DNA of 64,000 bases, from positions 768,001 to 832,000 of the forward strand of contig CAVUQH010000003.1 in the NCBI GenBank assembly GCA_963743525.1, read 5' to 3'. The stretch comes from an uncultured delta proteobacterium (lineage in GTDB: Bacteria > Myxococcota_A > Polyangia > Haliangiales > Haliangiaceae). The translations under genes and the position numbers were made by a program. Position 1 is the stretch's first letter, and the number at the start of each line of letters is the position of its first letter. Shown here one piece after another: positions 1 to 8,652 of this stretch. Under the pieces are notes generated by a model. That model was not told the DNA's origin. It worked only from the letters and a program-made list of their open reading frames with translations, and made no database searches.

Positions 1-567
1 TACACCCGCGCGATCCGCGATCTGATCGGTCACGGCGAGGGCATCTTCGGCCTGGTCAACGGCTATCCCGCTGACACGCCGGGGGCGCCGGCGTCGCGGC
101 TGCGCGCGCTGGAAGAGCGGGCGGCCACCTGGCGCTGGCGACTGCGCGGTCGCGAGGATCGGCTGGTCCGCACCCACGGCGACTTCCACCCGTTCAACAT
201 CGTCTTCGACGACGACGACCGGTTGACCCTGCTCGACGCCAGCCGCGGCTGCGCGGGCGATCCGGCCGACGACATCACCTGCCTGACCATCAACTATCTG
301 TTCTTCGGGCTGCAGCAGCCGCCGGCGCGACGCACGGCGATGCGCTCGCTGTGGACCCGCGCGTGGGCGCGCTACTTCGCCGGGCGCGACGACCCGGGGC
401 TGCTGGAGGCGGCGCCGCCGTTCTTCACCTGGCGCGCGCTGGTGCTGTGCAACCCCGAGTGGTACCCGGACATCGATGTGTCGGTGCGCGACGCGCTGCT
501 CGGCGAGGCCGAGCACGCCCTCGAGTGCGGTCGTCTGGAGCCGGACGCGATCGCGGAGCGGATGTGA
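1..567 (+). CDS. Aminoglycoside/choline-kinase-like (APH family) phosphotransferase, 5' truncated
   Basis: Frame open from base 1 (YTRAIRDLIGHGEG...); contains Brenner motif RTHGDFHPFN and downstream LLDASRG...GDPADD. Confidence 0.8.
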   Translation, partial: YTRAIRDLIGHGEGIFGLVNGYPADTPGAPASRLRALEERAATWRWRLRGREDRLVRTHGDFHPFNIVFDDDDRLTLLDASRGCAGDPADDITCLTINYLFFGLQQPPARRTAMRSLWTRAWARYFAGRDDPGLLEAAPPFFTWRALVLCNPEWYPDIDVSVRDALLGEAEHALECGRLEPDAIAERM

Positions 568-1076
568 CCGGCGCGGTCGTCTGGATCACCGGCCGCCCGG
601 CGTCGGGCAAGTCGACGCTGGCCGCGGCGGCGTGCGTTCTGATCCGCGAGCACGGCCTGTGCGCCTGCGTGCTCGACGGTGACGAGGTGCGCGATGCCGT
701 GTTGCCGCCGCGGGGCTACGGCGATGCCGACCGGGACGCTCACTACGGCACCCTGTCGCGGCTGGCGGCGCTGCTGGCGGGGCAGGGGCTGATCGTGCTG
801 GTCCCGGCCACCGCCAACCGGCGTGCCTACCGGCGTGATTGTCGCAAGCGGGCGCCGCGGTTCCTCGAGGTGCTGGTCAACGCGACGGCGGAGGAGTGCG
901 CCGCCCGCGACGTCAAGGGGCTGTACGCCCGCGCCCAGGCCGGCCAGGTCGTGGGCCTGCCCGGGGTCGGCGCCGACTACGAAGCGCCCGAGAAGCCCGA
1001 CGTCCTCGCCTCGGGGGGCTGGGACGGCGTCGCCGCTGGTGCCATCGCGCGCTGGGCGGTCCATGCCTCCGAGTGA
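564..1076 (+). CDS. cysC: Adenylyl-sulfate (APS) kinase-like protein
   Basis: VVWITGRPASGKST P-loop, LDGDEVR, RDVKGLY, YEAPEKPD; GTG start overlaps the upstream stop (GTGA). Confidence 0.8.
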   Translation: MTGAVVWITGRPASGKSTLAAAACVLIREHGLCACVLDGDEVRDAVLPPRGYGDADRDAHYGTLSRLAALLAGQGLIVLVPATANRRAYRRDCRKRAPRFLEVLVNATAEECAARDVKGLYARAQAGQVVGLPGVGADYEAPEKPDVLASGGWDGVAAGAIARWAVHASE

Positions 1077-1097
1077 TAGGTTCGCCATCAGGAGGCC

Positions 1098-2024
1098 GTG
1101 ATGAAGCACCTCGAAGACGGAGTGAAGACGATCCTTCTGGCCGTGGACTTCTCGCAGCCGACCAAGCGAGCGTTCGACGCGGCGATCCGCGCGGCGCGGA
1201 CGTTCGGCGCGGCGATGATCATCCTCCACGCCAACGAAGAGGACTCGCTTTTCGGCGGCCACAGCTCGGAAGAGCTGACGAGCTTCCTCGACGACATCGT
1301 CCGCCGGCGCACCGACTGGATGAGCACGTTCGAGCAGCGGGCCGCCGAGCTGGGCGTGCGCGCCCGTTCGATCCTGCGCGACGGCGACCCGGCCGATACC
1401 ATCCTCGGCGTGGCCGAAGAGGTTGACGCCGACCTGATCGTCATGGGCACCCAGGGCGCTCGCGGCCTGGGCAACGTGCTGCCCGGCTCGGTGGCCAAGA
1501 AGGTGCTGCGCAACGCCGACCGCCCGATCATGGTCATCTCGCGCATGGCCGGGGTGGCGCCGGCCGAGAGCGGCGGCACCTTCGACCGCATCGTCTACCC
1601 GACCGACTTCTCCGAGGCCAGCCGCGCCGGACTGCGCGTCGCCGAGATGATGGTCGACAAGACCGACGCCGCGCTGACCCTGGTCAACGTCGTGCGCCTG
1701 CCGCGCATCATCCCGTCGCTGCCCGGCGAGGCGCCGATCGTCCTGCCCGACCGCGCCGTCGAGCACCTGCAGGAGAACTTCGAGAAGCAGATGGACGAGC
1801 TGGTGTCCGAGCTGCCGGGCGACGAGATCGACTCGGTGGTGGCGGTCCACGCCGATCCGGCCGGCGGCATCTGCGACATCGCCAGCCAGTCGGGCGTCGA
1901 TCTGATCGTCATCGCCCGCCACAGCAAGCACGGCGCCGGCTCGCTGGTGTTCGGCCGCACCGCCGAGAAGGTGGTCAAGATGGCCCCGGTGCCGGTGCTG
2001 CTGTTCAACCCGCGGGTCGGTTGA
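1098..2024 (+). CDS. Tandem-domain universal stress protein
   Basis: Two USP domains (ILLAVDFS...DLIVMGTQG...GSVAKKV; IVYPTDFS...DLIVIARH...GRTAEKV); AGGAGG RBS. Confidence 0.92.
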   Translation: MMKHLEDGVKTILLAVDFSQPTKRAFDAAIRAARTFGAAMIILHANEEDSLFGGHSSEELTSFLDDIVRRRTDWMSTFEQRAAELGVRARSILRDGDPADTILGVAEEVDADLIVMGTQGARGLGNVLPGSVAKKVLRNADRPIMVISRMAGVAPAESGGTFDRIVYPTDFSEASRAGLRVAEMMVDKTDAALTLVNVVRLPRIIPSLPGEAPIVLPDRAVEHLQENFEKQMDELVSELPGDEIDSVVAVHADPAGGICDIASQSGVDLIVIARHSKHGAGSLVFGRTAEKVVKMAPVPVLLFNPRVG

Positions 2025-2436
2025 GCGACGCGTCCTCGCCGGGCTTGGCCGCGACCCTCGCGCTGGCGCGTTCGGCGGCAGCGCGCCGGGCAAGGTGACC
2101 GGCGACGACGAACCAGACCGCGAACAGCGCGATGGCCGCCGCCGAGCCGAGCCATTGCCGCTGCAGCAGAGTGATCGCGGCGACGATCGCCATGATCAGC
2201 GCGATCGCGCCGCGAGCGGCCAGCCAGAACTGCTCGCGGTAGCACTCGTTGCACAGCACTGCGTCGCGACCCGACATCCACGGGCCGAAGACGTTGCGGG
2301 CGAGGAACCGCTCCTCCTGGAGATGCCGATCGCAAAGGGCATCGCCGCAGCGGCTGCAGCGATGCGCGGCGTCCCGCGCGCAGCGGCTGCACGCTTCCTC
2401 GACTGCCCTGGCGTCCGGCGACGTCGACCCGCTCAC
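2005..2436 (-). CDS. Small B-box-like zinc finger protein with two C-terminal TM helices
   Basis: CSRC-x7-CSRC-x4-CDRH...CNEC followed by hydrophobic segments; GTG start overlaps the stop of the upstream gene. Confidence 0.65.
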   Translation of the reverse strand: MSGSTSPDARAVEEACSRCARDAAHRCSRCGDALCDRHLQEERFLARNVFGPWMSGRDAVLCNECYREQFWLAARGAIALIMAIVAAITLLQRQWLGSAAAIALFAVWFVVAGHLARRAAAERASARVAAKPGEDASLNRPAG

Positions 2437-4034
2437 TTCCGCGAGCTTAGCGCGGCGGTGGCGGCGCGGGCTACGCGCATGCCGTCGAGGGCGGCGCTGA
2501 CGATGCCGCCGGCGTAGCCTGCGCCTTCGCCGCACGGGTAGAGGCCGGCCAGGTCGGGGCTGTCGAGCTGTTCGCGGTGGCGGGGCACGCGCACCGGTGA
2601 GCTGGTCCGCGACTCGACGCCGATCAGCACCGCTTCCTCGGTGAGGTAGCCGCGCATTCGGCGGTCGAAGTAGTCGATGCCGGCGCGCAGGCGGTCGACC
2701 AGCGGCAGGCGGCCGGCGTCGAGCACCTCGCCGACGTCGGCAGGGGTGAGGCCGGGGATGTAGCTCGACTCGGGCAGGGTGGTCGAGCCGCGGCCGGCGA
2801 CGAAGTCGGTGACGCGGGTGGCCGGGGCGCGCATCTCGCCGCCGCCGGCCTGCATGGCGGCGCGCTCGACCGCGGCCTGCAGCTCGATGCCGCCGAGCGG
2901 GCCGGACCAGCCGGCGTCGGCGACGTCTTCGATCTCGATGCCGACCACCAGACCGGAGTTGGCGTACGGCGAGTCGCGGCGCGACAGGCTCATGCCGTTG
3001 ACCACCAGGCAGTCGGCGTCGGTCGATGCCGGCACCACCCAGCCGCCCGGACACATGCAGAACGAGAAGACGCCGCGACCGCGCTCGGTATGCGTGAGGC
3101 TGTAGTAGGCGGCCGGCAGCCTGGGATGACCGGCCGAGCGGCCGTACTGGATCCGGTCGATGAGCGGCTGCGGGTGCTCGATGCGCACGCCCAGGGCGAA
3201 CGGCTTGGCCTCGAGGGTGACGCCGGCGCGGAGCAGCATCTGGTGGACGTCGCGCGCCGAGTGGCCGGTGGCCAGCACCACGGCGTCGGCGCCGAGCTCG
3301 CGGCCGTCGCTCAGACGCACGCCGGTGACCGCGCGCCCCGAGGTCAGCAAGTCGGTGACGCGGGCCTCGAAGATCATCTCCACGCCGCACGCTTCGAGGC
3401 GCTCGCGCAGGTTGGTGACCACCACCGGCAACTTGTTGGAGCCGATGTGCGGGCGGGCGTCGCTGAGGATTCGCTCGGGCGCGCCGTGCAGCGCCAGGAT
3501 CTCGAGAACGTCGCGGACGTCGCCGCGCTTGGTCGCGCGGGTGTACAGCTTGCCGTCCGAGTAGGTGCCGGCGCCGCCCTCACCGAAGCAGTAGTTGCTG
3601 TCCGGGTCAACGGTGCCGTGCTGTTGGATCGACTTGAGGTCGCGGCGTCGCGCCTGGACCTTCTTGCCCCGGTCGACCACCACGCTGGCGACACCGGCGC
3701 GGGCCAGCTGATAGGCGCAGAACAGGCCGGCCGGTCCGGCGCCGACGATGACCGCGCGCGGGCCGCCGGTGGTGACCTCGCGCGGGTGGGGCAGCGCGAG
3801 CTCGCGCGGCGTGTCGGCGGCGAAGCCGACGGTCAGCTGGAAGCGAACGCGGCCGCGGCGGGCGTCGATGGAGCGCTTGCGCACCTCGATCGGCGGCAGG
3901 TCGGCGGCCGGGATGCCCAGCTCGCCGGCGACCCGCTGGCGCAGAGAGTCCGCGTCGTCGGCGTCGTCGAGGCCGAGCGACAGGGACAGCTCGCGGGTGC
4001 GGTCGAGGCGGGTCACGCCCGCCGTTCCTAGCAC
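2433..4034 (-). CDS. FAD-dependent oxidoreductase (uncharacterised FAD-dependent dehydrogenase family)
   Basis: IVGAGPAGLF, FGEGGAGTYSDGKL, PHIGSNKL, FCMCPGG, GEGAGYAGGIVSAA; true start may be the GTG near 4016. Confidence 0.9.
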   Translation of the reverse strand: MLGTAGVTRLDRTRELSLSLGLDDADDADSLRQRVAGELGIPAADLPPIEVRKRSIDARRGRVRFQLTVGFAADTPRELALPHPREVTTGGPRAVIVGAGPAGLFCAYQLARAGVASVVVDRGKKVQARRRDLKSIQQHGTVDPDSNYCFGEGGAGTYSDGKLYTRATKRGDVRDVLEILALHGAPERILSDARPHIGSNKLPVVVTNLRERLEACGVEMIFEARVTDLLTSGRAVTGVRLSDGRELGADAVVLATGHSARDVHQMLLRAGVTLEAKPFALGVRIEHPQPLIDRIQYGRSAGHPRLPAAYYSLTHTERGRGVFSFCMCPGGWVVPASTDADCLVVNGMSLSRRDSPYANSGLVVGIEIEDVADAGWSGPLGGIELQAAVERAAMQAGGGEMRAPATRVTDFVAGRGSTTLPESSYIPGLTPADVGEVLDAGRLPLVDRLRAGIDYFDRRMRGYLTEEAVLIGVESRTSSPVRVPRHREQLDSPDLAGLYPCGEGAGYAGGIVSAALDGMRVARAATAALSSRK

Positions 4035-4064
4035 CTAACACGCCCGATTTCAGCCAGTTCCGTC

Positions 4065-4115
4065 GTGTATCACGAGAGGTGTTGCAATGTGACACGTCAG
4101 TGTATCACATTGTGA
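4065..4115. promoter_or_regulatory. Operator/promoter region between divergent genes
   Basis: GTGTATCAC direct repeat (4065-4073, 4100-4108); inverted repeat CAATGTGA...TCACATTG (4085-4112); TTGCAA -35-like hexamer at 4082. Confidence 0.5.
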
Positions 4116-4118
4116 CCC

Positions 4119-5240
4119 ATGCAAACCGCAACCGTTTCCGCCGCCCCAAACGACCGCATCGAGGCGTTCGGCGCGGCCATCGACCGCATCCGCGAGCGGG
4201 TCGAGGCCGAGATCGGAGCCGAGGACCTGGCCTACCTGAAGAAGGTGGACCGCTTTTCCCGCGCCATGGAGATCGCCGGCCGGCTGCTCATCCACGTCAG
4301 CGTCGAGCCGGTCGGCTTCGGCGCCGGCGTCGTCGCCCTGTGGCTGCACAAGCAGCTGCAGGCGACCGAGGTCGGGCACACCGTGCTGCACGGCACCTTC
4401 GACAAGCTCGACGGCGCCGAGGCGTACCAGTCGAAGAGCTTCCGCTGGGAGACGCCCATCGACGAGGAGTCGTGGCGGCAGACCCACAACATTCGCCACC
4501 ACGGCTTCACCAACATCGCCGGCCGCGACCCCGACATCCACTTCGGCCCGATCCGCTGGACCGAGCACACCCCGTATCACCCGCGCCACCGCGGCCAGCT
4601 GCGCAAGGCGCTGCTGCTCATGGCCCACTTCGGCATCGGCATCAACCTGCAGTACACCGGCCTGGCCGACTTCCTCGAGCCCAAGGGGCAGGGCGACTTC
4701 ACCGAGGACCGATCGCTGGCGACCTTTCGCGCGTCGCTGCGCCGGGCCATGCGCAAGTTCGTCCCGTACTACGGCCGAGAGCTCGTGCTGTTTCCGGCGC
4801 TGGCCGGGCCGTTCTGGTGGAAGGTGCTGCTGGGCAACTGGCTGACCGAGCTGATGCGCGACGCCTACTCGTCGGCGACCATCTACTGCGGTCACGTCGG
4901 CGAAGACGTCGCCGACTACCCGGCCGGCACCCGCGCCGGCAGCCGCGCCCGCTGGTACGTCATGCAGGTCGAGGCGACCAACGACTTCGAAGTGCCGCTG
5001 CCGGTGTCGATCTTGTGCGGCGCGCTCGACCGGCAGATCGAGCATCACCTGTTCCCCCGCTTCCCCACCAACCGCCTGCGCGAGGTTGCGCCCGAGGTTC
5101 GCGCCGTGTGCGAGGCCCACGGCGTGCGCTACCACTCCGACAGCTGGCCGGGCACGTTGCGCAAGGTGGTTCGCCGCCTGCGCCAGCTCAGCCGCCCGAC
5201 CGCCCGCGAGGCGGTCGCCCGCATCCGCGCCGCGGCCTAG
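4119..5240 (+). CDS. Membrane fatty-acid (acyl-CoA) desaturase
   Basis: Three histidine boxes GHTVLHG, HNIRHH, QIEHHLFP. Confidence 0.9.
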   Translation: MQTATVSAAPNDRIEAFGAAIDRIRERVEAEIGAEDLAYLKKVDRFSRAMEIAGRLLIHVSVEPVGFGAGVVALWLHKQLQATEVGHTVLHGTFDKLDGAEAYQSKSFRWETPIDEESWRQTHNIRHHGFTNIAGRDPDIHFGPIRWTEHTPYHPRHRGQLRKALLLMAHFGIGINLQYTGLADFLEPKGQGDFTEDRSLATFRASLRRAMRKFVPYYGRELVLFPALAGPFWWKVLLGNWLTELMRDAYSSATIYCGHVGEDVADYPAGTRAGSRARWYVMQVEATNDFEVPLPVSILCGALDRQIEHHLFPRFPTNRLREVAPEVRAVCEAHGVRYHSDSWPGTLRKVVRRLRQLSRPTAREAVARIRAAA

Positions 5241-5938
5241 CCCAGGTAGCGCGTCGGCAGCTCGGTCTCGACCACGCCGCCGGGACCGAGCTCGACGCGG
5301 TAGCCGCGCGCCGCCGGCCGCGAGGCGACCACACCGGTCAGCTCGGTGCCGGAGAAGCAGAGGGCGGCGCCGTCGTCGGCGGCGTAGCCGTTCGGCATGC
5401 CCGCGGCGATCGCCCGGTGATACGTGGGCCGGCGGCGATCCTCGCCGTCGTAGTGCGGGCAGTGGCTGCCGGGCAGCAGGCCGAGGCCGTCGTCGACCGG
5501 ATCCATGCCTCCGAAGCTGTCAGTGATGTACGACTCGAACCAGCAGCAGGAGCCGGCGCTCAGCCCGGTCAGGATGATGCCGGCCCGCCATGCGTTGCGC
5601 AGGATCTCATCGGCGCCGTGCACGCGCCAGACCGCGAGCATGTTGGGGGTCATGCCGCCGCCGACGTAGATGACGTCTTGCGACATGAGGAACCCGCGCA
5701 GGTCGATCACCTCGCGGGGGAAGAAGGTCAGGTGGCTGGCGTCGGCACGGCCTTCGGGGAAGGCGGCGTGGAAGCGCTCGATGTAGCTTTCGCGGTCACC
5801 GCTGGCGGTGGCCAGGAGGCAGACGCGCGGCCGGGATCGACCGGTCAGGCCGAGGACGTAGTCGTCGAGCAGCGGGTTGTCCGGCTCCATGCTGAAGCCG
5901 CCGCCACCCATCGCGACGATGGTGGGTTGGTCGGGCAC
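5237..5938 (-). CDS. Peptidase E / S51 family (class I glutamine amidotransferase-like)
   Basis: IVAMGGGGFSME, DVIYVGGG, GLSAGS nucleophile elbow, CPHYDGE. Confidence 0.88.
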   Translation of the reverse strand: MPDQPTIVAMGGGGFSMEPDNPLLDDYVLGLTGRSRPRVCLLATASGDRESYIERFHAAFPEGRADASHLTFFPREVIDLRGFLMSQDVIYVGGGMTPNMLAVWRVHGADEILRNAWRAGIILTGLSAGSCCWFESYITDSFGGMDPVDDGLGLLPGSHCPHYDGEDRRRPTYHRAIAAGMPNGYAADDGAALCFSGTELTGVVASRPAARGYRVELGPGGVVETELPTRYLG

Positions 5939-5948
5939 CCAATCCAGG

Positions 5949-6974
5949 TTAGTTGCGCGCGCGGAGTGTGTACAGCTTGCACGGCCCACCGAACTCGGCG
6001 GTGCCGTCGGGCCCGTCGCCCAGGCTCTCGCGGCTGTCCTCGACGCCGCCGGCCCACATCACGTCGCTGTCGGTGAAGACCAGTGCGACGCACATCTCCT
6101 GGTCGCCGATGCCCCAGCCGACCGCCTGGTCGCGCGGGTTGTCGTAGATGCAGGAGAAGCGCAGGCCGCGGGCGCCGGCGATCGACAGCGGATGATCCAG
6201 CGTGCCGCCCATCGGTGTGCCCACGGGCGAGTCGGACTCGAACACCAGCTCGCCGTCGCGGTCGCCGCCGGACAGCTCGATGCGCATGCCCAGGCCGAGG
6301 GCGTGGTAGTGCGGCATGACGTAGTGGATCGAGAAGTCAACCGGTCCGCCGTAGGCGGCCTCGTAGTCACAGTCGGCGCCAAAGGTCGACCGCTGGTTGG
6401 GCGGCAGGCGCAGCGGGAAGTAGTGCAGCTCGAGCGGCGTGAGGATGGTGTCAACCTCGTCTTCGCGAAGCAGGTCGAGCTCGAGTCCGATCGAGGTGTG
6501 GACGGCGCTGTCGCTGGCGTTGAGCAGATGCACGTCGCCGATCAACTTGGAGTGGGGCGGCACGTAGACGGCGGCGCCGGGGCCGAATGCCTGGGCCTCG
6601 GCGGTCGCCTGGGTCGACTGGGCGTAGAGCACGCCGCCGACCAGCGCTGCCTGCACCGAGTCGAAATTGCGGTCGCCGCACGGCCAGGTGCCGTCGTCGC
6701 CGGGAAAGCTGTCCTCGGGGACGAAGAACCAGTTGGAGTGGTGCCACGCCGGGCCGGCGGTCATCTGCACGGTGTTGATGTACAGCGGCTCGTCGTTGTG
6801 CAGGGTCGCGCTCTGGCACAGCTCCGACAGCTCGCCGCCGGCGTCAACGTCGACGGCCGGGAAGGCCACCGTGATCGGATCGAGCGGGGTCGGCTGCGGG
6901 TCGGACGCCGAATCGGCGGCACAGGCGCCGACAGCGACGGAGGTGGCCAGCAACAGGGGAGCGGCGAGCCTCAT
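5949..6974 (-). CDS. Lipoprotein with copper type II ascorbate-dependent monooxygenase-like fold
   Basis: Lipobox (AVGAC); WHHSNW, HLLN, MPHYHALG and DQEMC motifs resembling PHM/DBH copper ligands. Confidence 0.7.
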   Translation of the reverse strand: MRLAAPLLLATSVAVGACAADSASDPQPTPLDPITVAFPAVDVDAGGELSELCQSATLHNDEPLYINTVQMTAGPAWHHSNWFFVPEDSFPGDDGTWPCGDRNFDSVQAALVGGVLYAQSTQATAEAQAFGPGAAVYVPPHSKLIGDVHLLNASDSAVHTSIGLELDLLREDEVDTILTPLELHYFPLRLPPNQRSTFGADCDYEAAYGGPVDFSIHYVMPHYHALGLGMRIELSGGDRDGELVFESDSPVGTPMGGTLDHPLSIAGARGLRFSCIYDNPRDQAVGWGIGDQEMCVALVFTDSDVMWAGGVEDSRESLGDGPDGTAEFGGPCKLYTLRARN

Positions 6975-7073
6975 CGTGCCGAGATGTAGCACGGCACAGA
7001 CTGACACGGGGAGAAAAACGGTCGGACCACTGTACCGCCTTGACAGCCCGCAGGAGCGCGGTAGCCAGAGATC

Positions 7074-7574
7074 GTGACCGTCGATTCACCTCCTGTCCGC
7101 GGTGGCTCGCCCACCCAGGCTCTGGCCCTGGTGTTTTGGATCGGGCTCTGCTTCGCGGCGGCGGCGATCGGCGGCGCCATCACCGCGACCAGCGTCGATA
7201 CCTGGTACGCGACCCTGGCCAAGCCGTGGTTCAACCCGCCCGCGTGGGTGTTTGGACCGGTGTGGACGGTGCTGTACGCGATGATGGCAGCGGCGGCCTG
7301 GCTGGTCTGGCGGCGGGGGCGAGGCGTCGCGCGTCCGGCGCTGGCGCTGTTCGTCGTCCAGCTGGCGCTCAACGTCGGTTGGTCGGGGCTGTTCTTCGGC
7401 CTGCGCAGCCCGGGCCTGGCGCTGATCGAGATCGTGCTGCTGTGGCTGGCGATCGCCGCCACCGCGGCGGCGTTCGCGCGCCACGACAAGGTCGCGGCCT
7501 GGTTGATGCTGCCGTACCTGGGCTGGGTCACCTTCGCGGCCGCGCTCAACGCAGCCATCTGGCACCTGTCCTAA
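7074..7574 (+). CDS. tspO: TspO/MBR tryptophan-rich sensory protein
   Basis: WYATLAKPWFNPPAWVFGPVWTVLY; LALNVGWSGLFFG; PYLGWVTFAAALN. Confidence 0.95.
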   Translation: MTVDSPPVRGGSPTQALALVFWIGLCFAAAAIGGAITATSVDTWYATLAKPWFNPPAWVFGPVWTVLYAMMAAAAWLVWRRGRGVARPALALFVVQLALNVGWSGLFFGLRSPGLALIEIVLLWLAIAATAAAFARHDKVAAWLMLPYLGWVTFAAALNAAIWHLS

Positions 7575-8617
7575 TAGAGGTAGCCGAGTCGGGCGGTGGC
7601 GGCGGTCGTGCGCGCATCGCCGCTGGTCGGGGTCAGGCCGAGGTGGGCGCCGAGCTCGACGAACAACCGGCCGGGGCCCGCGGCCAGCAGCAGCCGCGTG
7701 GCGGCGTTGGCGCCCAGCTCGAAGGTGGCGGTGTCCGGCAGATCCTTGGCCAGGTTGATCGCCAGCTCGGGCCCGGCGCCCAGCTCGAGCCAGCTGCGCG
7801 GGCGCACGGCGGCGGCGATCGGCACGGTCAGCTGGGTGACGCTGGCCTGGTCGCCGCCGCGCTGGGCCACGCCGACCTCGGGGACGACGTGGAAGCGGCC
7901 GCGGACCTGGTAGTCGAGCAGCGCGGCGACCGCCAGGCCCAGCCGCGCGCGCGCGCCGCCGCCACCGATCAGATCGGTGCGACCGGCGCCGATCGCCAGA
8001 CCTACGTGCCACGACCGCGGCAGCTGGGTGTCGGGCGCATAGATGCCGCCGCGGTAGCGGGTGGGCAACAGATCGTCGTGCTTGGCACCCGGCAAGTCCG
8101 ACGCCGTCTGCACGGCCCCGACCTCGCCCTCGTCGGAGAAGTCGACCTTCTCGTCCTTCGGCTTCTCTTCGATCGGATCCAGACGCAGCGGCAGGCTGAA
8201 CGGCGAGGGGTCGTCGACGCGCACCTGGCGGGCGGCGCCGTGGTAGCCGTCCTTGCGCGCGCTCACCTGGTGGGCGACGCCGGGGGCGAGCCAGACGGTG
8301 AACGGCGTGGGGAACGTCAGCTCGCCGAGCGAGTCGACCTGTCCGCGGGCGTCGGGCGGGTCGGTGTCGACCGTGACCGCGGCGTAGCCCTTGGCGCGCA
8401 GGCTGTGCTCCAGCGCGGGCAGCGCGGCGCGGGCGGCGTCGGCGTCGGCGCCCTCGCCGCGGGCGCACAGCGACAGCGCCAGGTGGGCGCGGGCCAGGTG
8501 GCCGGCCGTGCGATCGCGCCGGCCGGCGGCGCACGGATCGACGGGGCCCGGCTGGGCGCGCGCGGGCGTCGCCGCCGCGAGGACGACCGCCGTTGCCAGC
8601 CCGAGGACGAGTCTCAT
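7571..8617 (-). CDS. Secreted protein with PEGA-like domain and C-terminal beta-barrel-like region
   Basis: Signal peptide MRLVLGL...ARAQ; VTVDTDPPDA...HQVSARKDGY (PEGA-like); terminal ...ARLGYLY aromatic end. Confidence 0.55.
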   Translation of the reverse strand: MRLVLGLATAVVLAAATPARAQPGPVDPCAAGRRDRTAGHLARAHLALSLCARGEGADADAARAALPALEHSLRAKGYAAVTVDTDPPDARGQVDSLGELTFPTPFTVWLAPGVAHQVSARKDGYHGAARQVRVDDPSPFSLPLRLDPIEEKPKDEKVDFSDEGEVGAVQTASDLPGAKHDDLLPTRYRGGIYAPDTQLPRSWHVGLAIGAGRTDLIGGGGARARLGLAVAALLDYQVRGRFHVVPEVGVAQRGGDQASVTQLTVPIAAAVRPRSWLELGAGPELAINLAKDLPDTATFELGANAATRLLLAAGPGRLFVELGAHLGLTPTSGDARTTAATARLGYLY

Positions 8618-8652
8618 GGGCCAGAGACAGGCGGTGCCCGCCCCCGGTTGCA

